Source: Octopus vulgaris (lineage: Eukaryota). Taken from it: 64,000 nt of DNA. Below are positions 52,501 to 64,000 of the stretch, in pieces. The notes under the pieces were generated by a model. It had not been told where the DNA came from, searched no databases, and saw only the letters and a program-made list of their open reading frames with translations. The stretch spans positions 1,364,001 through 1,428,000 of the forward strand of contig OX597821.1 in NCBI GenBank assembly GCA_951406725.2, given 5' to 3'. The position numbers and the translations under genes are program-made. Each line of letters begins with the position of its first letter. The stretch's first letter is position 1.

Positions 52501-52876
52501 TTTTTAATTATGAAAGGTTCACTCTGCCTGTGTTAGTTCGAAAAATGAGAAGAAAATACGGAAGAAAAAAAAAGGATCTGTCAGTTATTATTGTTATTAT
52601 TATTATTATTATTATAATCACCATCAACATCATCATCATCATCGTCAATGATATTGTTTTATGTGTAGTCGCAGCAGTAGCTTTTGGTAAAGAGGTCATG
52701 TTCTATAGGTCTATAAATAGATTCAGCAGATGGTGGAGAGGTCAGCCAAAGAGACAAAGGACATTTTACGTCAGGAGAGGTCAAACCTGTTTACTAGTAC
52801 CAGCGCTGCCTTGAAAAGCAATTCAGCTTATTATATTTGTTATTAATGGTAGGAAGAGAGAAAAAAGAAAAAAAAC

Positions 52877-52921
<45 letters not shown>

Positions 52922-53919
52922 CGCACACATATGTATATGTATACCCTCACACACATATTAGCTGATATTCACGTCGTTGATTTTTTAAATTTCTGAATTC
53001 AATTGTGTTGTTGCAATAAAAGTTTTGTTTACGTATTTGGGTAATATATCAAAGTTTTTAAGTATTTTTGAGATGTTCGTTTGTCAGTCCATTCGGAAAA
53101 TACAATAAGACTTTTGCAATGGGAAGAAGAATGTTTACATTTTCGAATGCTCAGGGAGAGTCAAAAGGAAAAGAAAACAAGTTTTGGCTCGTAAAGTTCT
53201 AAGATTTACTAAATATGGTCTTTTGTATGACTGCACAGGGAGAAATGATAGTGTTCTTAGAATAAAAGGGAGGATGATATTTACATTTTCGAATACTTAG
53301 GGGGAGAGGAAAGGATACGTTGTCGCACATTAGCTGTAGATATTAAAGATTTTTTTTTTTGTTTTTTTTTCGTATTTTAAGCTGACCATTCGATAGCTGT
53401 AGGTATGTAAGTTTCCTAACTTATTTTATTTTGAGAGAAATTTAAAATATTTACAGGGTGTTGTCGATATTCCACTCTTTGGGAACAGTAGGGGGAAGAG
53501 CGGGTTCACCTTGTTAGGTTTTTGAATTTCTTTTTCTTTTGGAATTTTTATTTTATTTTTAAAAGTTTTGCTGTGGTTTACAGTTTCTGTAGTTATACAG
53601 GTGCTTACTTCCATAATTTTTTATCGTGCATTTAATTGTGTTGTTACAATAAAAGGCATTTTTACATATTCTGATAGTCAAGGAAGAAGGGACGACAAAA
53701 TGTTCACACAAAATTGGAGATATTTATGTTTCTAAATTTTTTGTTAGATGTTCGTTTGTTAACTTATTTTGAGGGAAATTCAAATTACTTACAGAAAACA
53801 GTAGATCTTCCAGTTTTTTACAGTTGCTTTTTCAGTTGTCCTGCTGGGTTAGCTGCTGACAGGTCAGAGCAGCGAAAAACACGTCCAGCCGCCTTCTTCC
53901 TTATTATTATTATTATTAC

Positions 53920-54007
<88 letters not shown>

Positions 54008-54012
54008 GCCTA

Positions 54013-54392
54013 GACAGCGAGCTGGCGGAAACCTTAGCACACCGGGCGAAATGCGTAGCCGTATTTCGTCTACCGTTACGTTCTGAGTTCAAATTCCGCC
54101 GAGGTCGACTTTACCTTTGATAAATTAACTACCAGTTACGCACTGGGGTCGATATAATCGACTTAATCCGTTTGTCTGTCCTTGTTTGTTCCCTCTGTGT
54201 TTAGCCTCTTGTGGGTAGTAAAGAAATAGATATTTCTTCCGTTTTTACGTTCTGAGTTCAAATTCCGCCGAGGTCGACTTTGCCTTTCATCCTTTCAGGT
54301 TCGATAAAATAAGTACCAGTTACGCAGTGGGGTCGATGTATCCGAGTAGCCCCCATCTCCAAAATTTCAGACCTTGTGCCTTTAGTAGAAAG
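54013..54392 (+). mobile_element. SINE family 2, dimeric
   Basis: Two tandem TTACGTTCTGAGTTCAAATTCCGCCGAGGTCGAC units; more copies at 60650-61206. Confidence 0.8.
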
Positions 54393-54393
54393 G

Positions 54394-54465
<72 letters not shown>

Positions 54466-55809
54466 GTTGTTGTTGTTGTTGTTGGACCTCTGATGAGCGT
54501 TTATTGAGCAAAGAAGTAATTCTAAACGTTCAAGCTGGGATAATCCCGCTCTTATTGTGGATAATCTCGCCTCTATTGTTTACATCTGGTAATCATACTG
54601 TTCGTGTTCCTGTCTTATTAATACTAGTTGATAACAAATGGCGTATTGGTTAGGGTGATCGGCTTGCGAGGATAATGTCATAGGTTCAATTTCACGATCG
54701 GTCGGTGCATTGGATTCTTGAGCAAGCATTTCATTTCACATTGCTTTAGTTTATTCAGCTTATTTTTGGGGACCAGCTGAGTGCTTGAGCTTCTGATCCT
54801 CCCTCCAGCTTTCACATTCTGGATGTTCGACTTGGTATTAGCATAAAGGTAGGAATATCAAAGGCCTCCTAGTGACTACACAGGCACAGAAAGCAATTAG
54901 CGAGAACTCGGTACATTACAAAGCTATACTTCGTACGCGAACGACAGCTGACACTTAAAGTAGTAGTTGTTGGTCAACCGCCTAAATGGGTTGTGTTTGA
55001 ACAAATCTATGATAAAAGTCGTGTAAACTTGTTATTGTTGTTTTGTTATTGTTGTTATTGTTGTCCTGATCAACAGATCTAAGCTAAAAGACTTTCAAGT
55101 CGTGAGGGTCTCTTTCATGATTTAAAAAAGAAAAATCTCGACTTCACTCAATTGATCTCTGATCAATTATGTCCAAGCTGTGCTTAAGCTGTTATTTTTG
55201 TTATTACTCCTAGTCAACATTGATACATAAAGACAGGAGATCAAAGCGTTACAGCCGTGTTCACCAAACGTTTTTCATTACGGTAGTCGTTTAATATTTC
55301 CATTATTTCATCACCTAATGCATCATCTTCATTTTCAAACGACTGAGTGCGAATTGAATAAAGAATTGGCTGCTATTTCTACTAGGACAATTGATCACAG
55401 AGGATCACAGTGAGTACTCCAGTGAGTACTCCATGATATCTTCGTTTTAAATATACTGCATTTACGCATTTAGCAGCACAGTTTCGTAAAAACGCATGTA
55501 TCTGTTGATTATTTAAACGATAGCTTAAGGAATATATGGCTGCTATTTCTAGCATGCCCAGCTTGAGGTTGCCAAGGAGCATCATCTGAGTGCTAGCTTC
55601 GTTTCATTCGATGTCTTATTCTTTGTATAGTTTCATTTTCGCAATCTCTACTCGTCTAATAATCGAATATCGATAGTCCTTAATCTATTGGTGTTGTTGT
55701 TGCTGTGGCTGAGGTTCGTTTTTGTTTTTGTCGTCTCGTGCTTGTCGTGTATATTTATGTTATTCTTGTTGTTGTTGTAGATGTGATGGTTGCTAGGGTT
55801 GTTGCCACG

Positions 55810-56580
<771 letters not shown>

Positions 56581-57625
56581 AAACATTTTGTTATTTTTGT
56601 TGTGTTGTTGTTTTGTTGCTGCTGAGTCGACGCGGCAGTTGTATGGATGTAAGAATAGCAACGAGCTTTGGTGACTGTTCTGCCTTCACCATGGGGCTTA
56701 ATTATCACCGCTAATTAGCTGTATTTCAATGTATCTCTAGCGTCGTTCTTTAAAAACAAACATCCAGCATAGACAGAAAGAAAAACAAGAAATTTCTTTA
56801 AAAAGTATTCCAAACGAAGAAATAATAAAATAAAGAGAACAAATAAACGATCAAAAAAATTTATAAAATCGACACAAAAATTATTCTAATAGAAAGAGAG
56901 GAGGAAAAGAAAATGTCAAAAGAAGCGGTAATAAGACAGGAAAAGAGAGATGAAAAGGTAGGGAAATGAAAGAATAATATACAGCGAAAGAAAGAAATGT
57001 TCTCTAAGATGTATGTTTAATGTTTTATAAACAAATTATACATACATGCATTCATACATACATACGTACATACATTTATACATGTATGCACACATATATT
57101 TGTATATATACACATATAAACATATATGTGTATAATTATTTACATACATATATGTATATGTGGTTATGTATTGAAAATGGTTATATAGTTAATAAACGTA
57201 TTTATTCTCATTGAAAAAGAAACGGATGCCGGACTTAAGTCAGAGATCTCAGTAAACTAAGAGATTGAGTTGGCTATTCGATTCAACTTTCGTTAAAGAT
57301 AAGTCTGCCGAATAAGTGGCAAGTAGATGACAGATTCAAATACAGCCACGTTAAAAAAATTGCTAGTGAATCGGTGCTCATTTTCAAAATTTCTACTTTT
57401 ATTGTAGTAGCAGTCCTAAGCAGTGATGAAGAATTTTGGTTTAAAATATGCCAAACCTATTTGCACTAACCTAAAGTTTGCTTTGGTCTTCTCATTTCCT
57501 AGCATTATTACTAATATAATCTTTCTGGCCTGGCGATCTCTAAGCGCAACTGAGTTACTAATATTGACTATTCCATCATAAAGCTACGGGTTTCTTATCT
57601 GTTCAAGTTTATCTCTTTTCAGCAT

Positions 57626-57668
57626 CTCTTACTGAGGAAGGCTAAATAACCAGAAACGTGTCTAAGAG
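57626..57668 (+). ncRNA. Minimal type I hammerhead motif
   Basis: CTCTTA-CTGAGGA-A-GGCTA..TAACC-A-GAAA-CGTG-TC-TAAGAG; perfect stem I. Confidence 0.7.
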
Positions 57669-58624
57669 GCAGCAAAGTTGTTTTTATACCTTTTACAATC
57701 AGCGAGAATTTTCTCCTCGTTAAACTGCTGTGAAGTTACCTTTAAATGTTGAAATATGTTCACAAACATATGTCAACTAATCTAAAATTTATTTAATTTG
57801 TTTTTATATCCTATAGTAAGAGAAACTAAAGTTGAAATTCTTTATAATTCTGTCTATATATAATATGAGACAGCTTCTACGTAATCACATATTTTTCTAG
57901 AATCGTAGCCAAATACCAATCAGATAATAACTTACTATTTAAAACATTCAAAATATGGTCCTAGAGAAACGAATCTTCCGGAACGCTTTTGGTCATAGGT
58001 CTAAACATTCAAAGATACTTTGTAGCTAAACACCATCAACAAGAGTCAAAACCGGAAGCAAAAATGAACGCAGAATGCTAGACACCATTCTCCATATCAA
58101 AGCAAACAAGATGTTTCTTTTCTGTCTTTTGTGAATGTGCTGAAGAAATCGTCTAAGGCAAAAATTCTGAGACAGATGACTAACAGGTAATTCTAGTGTG
58201 CAATAAATAGAACAAAGTGAAGTTAAAAAAAAAAAAATTTGCATTTATAGATTTGAGTAAAATTTTAAGACTTCATGGAAAGAGAAAATTATAAACAGGC
58301 TTGTTTATCTACGCAATAACTTCCAAAATTTAAATAAACGGCGGAAACTTAGTTGCCAACCCAATATCTAGGCATGTATCTATGTATGCGTGTGGATGTA
58401 TGCATGTATGCATACATGTATGTATGTCAGTATGAATGCATGCATGTATGTATGTATGTATGTATGTATGTATGTATGTATGTATGTATGTATGTTTGTA
58501 TGTATGTATGTATGTATGTATGTTTGTATGTATGTATGTATGTATGTAAGCATGTGCAAATTTGTATGTTTTATGTATGTACTCTCATTACATATAGTTG
58601 CATATCGGGACACGCTCATATATA

Positions 58625-59147
58625 TTTAAATGATAAACATCTAGAAAGTTTTACAGATTTTTACAGTTCCACTGATGGATTGGATCTGTAGTCTTCTACT
58701 TTCTGATTTTGAGAAGCCTAATTTCTCAAGGTGGAGACACATAGCCTAGTGGTTAGAGCAAAGGACTCGCGGTCGAGGGATCGCGGGTTCGAATCTCAGA
58801 CCGGGCGATGTGGATGTTTATGAGCGAAACATCTAAGCTCCACGCGGCTGCGGCAGAATGTAATGGCGAAGTTCTGCTGACTCTTTCGCCACAACTTTCT
58901 CTCAAACCTCCTGCACCTTGCAGCTCACCTGCGACGAACCAGCATCCCATCCAGTGACCTATACACCAAGGAAACTGGGAAATAGGCCCTTATGAGCCAG
59001 GCATGGCTCGGGAAGGAAGAAACAAAACAACAAAAACAATTTCTCAAGATTGGTATTTAGGCAGGGTTACATATCCCGGGGCCCCAATAATTACAGGTAT
59101 AAACCTGAACTTGTAATCTATATAGAGTAACAGCAGATTTCTCAATA
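58625..59147 (-). mobile_element. RLE-type LINE C-terminal remnant interrupted by a SINE
   Basis: YKFRFIPVIIGAPGYVT, then LEKLGFSKSESRRL on the far side of the SINE. Confidence 0.6.
58731..59037 (+). mobile_element. tRNA-derived SINE family 4 with 11-bp TSD
   Basis: A and B boxes; TSD AATTTCTCAAG at 58720-58730 and 59038-59048. Confidence 0.88.
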
Positions 59148-59665
59148 GTATGTATGTATGTATAAATATATATAAATCTGTTTTTGCTTGTGTGTGCCAA
59201 TGTCTTTGAGTATGCGTGTACATGTGTGTGTGAGAGAGAAACATTTGGTAATATAGTATTAGTAAGATTACTATTACATTGCCATGGGTTACCATATTCT
59301 TATTGATGTAACCATGTTCATTTGCAACAGATGTCTCTTTTCAGCATTCGCTTTCAAAGATAAACATATATGAACACATACAACATCAGCAATCGCAGTT
59401 CATTCCGTTTATGTTGCAAAATAAATTGGTTACTAAAAGAACAATATTTAGCATAAATTTAAATAAGACGGTAAACGCGTTGACTGTAGCAATATAGCAA
59501 TATGGAAATTAGTATCTACGGAAGTAGATATGTTGTATACGGACATATATATTGATCTGTGAATGTGTTGCGTACGTACTTCCATATATGCGTACTTACA
59601 TACATATGCATACGTACTTACATACATGTATGCATACATACATACATGCATACATACATATATAT

Positions 59666-59696
<31 letters not shown>

Positions 59697-60152
59697 CATA
59701 CATACATACATACATACATACATACTTACATACATGTACATACATACATACATGCATACATAAATACATGCATACATACATACATACATACATACATACA
59801 TACATGCATACATACTACATGTGTGTGCAGTGAACGTGTTTGTGTAGTTGTAAACACACACACACACACACGCACACACACACACATACACACATATATC
59901 CATGTGTGTATATATGCATAAATACATATATTTGTGTGTGTATATGTATGTATATATATTTGTGTGAGTGTGTGTGTGTGCATGTATATATATATATATA
60001 TATATATGTATATACATACACATACACACCTCACTCACACAAATATAAATACATACATATAAACACACAAGTATATGTATATATATATACACAGGCATAT
60101 ATTATATATATACATACATATACACACGTACAAATATATGTATATACACACG

Positions 60153-60185
<33 letters not shown>

Positions 60186-61440
60186 CTCACAGACATATAT
60201 ATGTGTTTGTGTGTTTGTGTGTGTTTGTGTGTTTCTGTGTGTGTGTGTATGTGTATCTACGTATGCATGTATATGTGTGTGTCTTTGAAGTACCAATTGA
60301 TGCACAATATCTCATGCATAGGAATAGGTGCTCTCTAACCTTAGCCCTTCGCTGACGTACTGTCAAGAAGATCGATAACTCTTACAAGAAACATTTGTCT
60401 CTGTGTCTTTCACCGGTTTGTTAGCGTGTTAACTTAGAGACCATAAACACTAGACTCCAGCAATATAATGAATTCAAACTACGTGTCTTTCAATGTTTCT
60501 GTTCATACTCATTGCTATTCAATTCGACTGCTTTTTTTTCTTTTTTGAAATTCATTTTAATACATTCGTACATTTAACAAATATCCAATACATTTGCTCA
60601 TTTTAGTACATAGAACATTTTAAAAATTTTAATTCATTTTAAGACTCTCAGGCGGCGTGCTGGCAGAGCAGTTACCGCGCCGATCAAGGCACTTAGCGGT
60701 ATTTCGTATGCCTTCAAGTTCTGAGTTTAAATCATGCCGAGGTCGGCTTTGCCTTTCATCCTTTCGGGGCTGATAAGATAAGTACCAGTTGAACACTAGG
60801 GTCAATGTAATCGATTAAACACCTCTCCTAACATCGATAGGTTTGTAGCAAAATCTGAAACCAATATATTTTATTACTTTAGGAGGTGAGCTCGCCGGGC
60901 GAAATGTTTAGTGCTATTCCGTGCCGTAACGTTCTGAGTTCAAATTCCGCCGAGGTCGACTTTGCCTTTCATCCTTTCGGGGTCGATAAATAAAGTACCA
61001 GTTACGCACTGGTGTTGATGTAATCGACTTAACCCGTTTGTCTGTTCTTGTTTGTCCCCTCTGTGTTTAGCCCCTTGTGGGTTGTAAAGAAATAGGTGTT
61101 TCGTCCGTTTTTACGTTCTGAGTTCAAATTCCGCCGAGGTCGCCTTTGCTTTCATCCATTCGGGGTCGATAAAATGAATACCAATTGAGCACTGGGTTTG
61201 ATGTAATCATCTTATACTGTCTCCTGTACTGTCTGATCCTATATATATATATATGGACATATTTCCTAAGGGAGACAGGCCCAGTATTTCTAAGGGAATA
61301 ATGCGTTTGTTTCCTAAGGGAGACATGCCCTTTGTTCTATGTAGCAAAAACAAAAAAACAAAAAACAAAACAACAAAAAAACAAAACAAAAAACAACAAA
61401 ATACAAAAAAAGACTCTTAATTAATAAATTAATTTGCAAT

Positions 61441-61710
61441 AACCATTGTGACATTTCTCTTTTTTGGAACGCCGCTAAAATCCTGGAACATTTGTGCTTG
61501 AGCAGACTCTGCTCGTGTGATAGAAACATAGACTGAATCCCGATGTCTCTTTAGGTTTGGTCGAGGTCGATCGATGATATTGTACACTTTAAGACAGATT
61601 TGCAGAAGAATATGAGAGAAACCAGGAATGCTTTGTTGTTTTAGTAGACCTCACCAAGGGATTCGATTCAGTAAATCTACAGATCTGCTGGAAAATGCCA
61701 ATGAAAATCG
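61441..61710 (+). mobile_element. Degraded RTE-type RT fragment
   Basis: Fragments DISL, AKIL, TLRQ, VDLTKGFDSVN..CWK. Confidence 0.65.
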
Positions 61711-63951
61711 AAAATTTATATGACATACGAAAATATCATTTACTATCGGGAAACTATGTGAACTACAATTATCTCTATCGTATCATTCAAAGTCAGTAAT
61801 ATTATTGGATTCAAATTTTTGCACAAGGCCAGCAATTTCGGGAGAAGGGATAAATAAATTACATCCACCTAAGTGTTTGATGGATGAAATGCAGCTATGT
61901 ATTTTGACCGGCTTTCTAACGATTCTTATTTCTTTATTACCCACAAGGGGTTAAACATAGAGGGGACAAACAAGGACAGACAAACGGATTTAGTTGATTA
62001 TATCAATCTCAGTGCGTGACTGGTACGTATTTAATCGACCCCGAAAGGATGAAAGGCAAAGTCGACCTCGGTGGAATTTAACTCAGAACGTAGAGGCTGA
62101 CGAAACATCTCTAAGCATTTCGCCCGGCCTGCTAACGATTCTACCAGCTCGCCGCCTTTAGAGTTAGTATTATGCAAAACTTTATCTTCGCCGTTTTCTT
62201 GTTTGTTCTTTATTTTACATTTATCCTATTTAAATATTCAAATAGGATAAAATTTACCTAATGTATGTTACAGATGTCTGCGTTCGTTCGAAGCCGATTA
62301 TTCACTGCATCCCTACTCTGAGTTCTAGGCAGCGTATCATCGTTCCGAACACAATGCGATGTGAGGAATTTGGATATGAATCACCTCCGTATCGGAAGTT
62401 GTAGCATCTGATTTTCATTGGTTAGCTTTAGTCAGATCATAAGACACACTACGAAATGATGACTAGCTGGTTCCTGATATGTTGTCTTTCAGACACTAAT
62501 TCTACCAGCGTAGACTGCTAGAATTAAGGAGTCGATCGTTGTCAAGTGATTTATTGTGGCAGTCTTCTAAACCAGACAAGATGAGTCTGCATGTGACTGG
62601 TGTGTGAAGAATGCCATTCCTAATATGGGTATTCTGAAGACCCAATTCAAGTCTGATGCAAAATATTGTAATCATCACCATTCCGTGTTTTCGTTACCTT
62701 TGTTTTTCTTGTTGTGTATTTCACACCCACACAATTCAGCATATTATTCGGTATTCTCGTCATTCATATGTGATTTGTGGGAATATCTGGTGCTACTTCT
62801 AGCAAATTCAGCATCAACATTTCAAATCTCTTGTTGGTGCCACGAGTAAATGCTATAAATCATTGATACATGCCTGATAAGATGAAAGCTGTTTCTCTGC
62901 AGGTGACTTATAATACAAGAAAGAACATGTACAGAGTTATCTCCCGTACTTTACGGTATAATTAAAATAATGTTATACATTGGCAATACATTTCTTTTAA
63001 CGAGCGTTTAATTAGTTCCAATCGTGCCAATTATCTAGCTAATGTTCGCTACATGAAATATGTTTTAACTAACTTAACGATCAATGGACAGATTTGACTT
63101 AAACATTTTGAAGACAGACGAATTTAGCGCAGACCAATAGCCACACACATAACTTCAGAAGTGGGACCTGGTAAGCTTACATTTTAATTATCTCTGATAT
63201 TTGCTGACTGTATCCATGCATAATTACTACTGAGATTTAACGAAATCATTATTAGACTTCTGTTGGAGATGCTGGTTGAGTTGTCACAGAAATCAGATGT
63301 ATGTTTGGTTAGCTAATATGCTTGAAGCAGAATTAATACTCATTTGATCAAAGACAGAAGCTGAGAAAAATAATTCCACGCCAAAATTTTGCTATGTTCT
63401 TGCTAAGCAGATCAACATACAGACACGTGTACGCACATACTGGGTAGCACAAAGAACAGATTTGCATATATTTCTATATACAGATATGGATATATATTAA
63501 CATATTGACAGTTAATTACACGCAGGAATATCTACATACATACATATATATGCATATACACATGCATATATAAAAGTGAATTATGCATGCATGCATGTAT
63601 GTTTTTATATATGTATGTATGAATCTATATATCTGTCTATCTATATACATACATACACACATATATATTTATTTTTGTGTGCATATACAAACACACACAT
63701 ATATATATACTTCTGTGTATATACATATACATATGTATATGTATGTTTTGGGTGCATATACATATATATGTTTGTACGTATTTCAAGCATATATGCGCAT
63801 ATTCAGAAACGTGCGCACAAACATACGCATACATACTGTTATTTAGATATATAAGTATACGCAATTGAAACAGCATTAAATTAAAATCGACATCTGTGTA
63901 TCAAGCTAAATGTATATATATTTCCTCGTATATATATCATTTCCTTGTGTT

Positions 63952-63990
63952 CCTCTCTGGTGAAGAGCGTAGGCTCGAAACGTAAAAGAC
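63952..63990 (+). ncRNA. Degenerate minimal hammerhead
   Basis: CTGGTGA-A-GAGC(GTAG)GCTC-GAAA-CG-TA; A6 changed to G; related to 18169-18203. Confidence 0.5.
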
Positions 63991-64000
63991 TTTCTCACCT

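Noticed and set aside
54490-54515. CTGATGAGC candidate hammerhead
   Set aside because: No GAAA after the putative stem II.
62270-62900. Possible host exon in unique sequence
   Set aside because: No recognisable protein motif or supportable splice structure.

Overview
AT-rich, repeat-saturated eukaryotic DNA. The SINE families, extreme (TA)n/(CA)n/(AAT)n/(GAT)n load and LINE content suggest a cephalopod, probably Octopus (inference). No host protein-coding gene could be supported, and most track ORFs are microsatellite translations. Real coding remnants are all transposon-derived: three CR1/L2-group LINEs (one nearly intact over its retained 5'-truncated length), two R4/Dong-type RLE LINEs, RTE and RLE fragments, Tc1/mariner and hAT remnants, and a Penelope-like GIY-YIG fragment. 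There are many tRNA-derived SINEs and a full-length U6 snRNA copy abutting a SINE. The most notable signal is about a dozen mutually unrelated short elements, mostly in (TA)n tracts, arranged as tandem, permuted or inverted repeats. Each carries a type I hammerhead ribozyme motif with a minimal, usually palindromic stem III, resembling a diverse Penelope-dependent pLTR/retrozyme population. All folds were read by eye, not computed.
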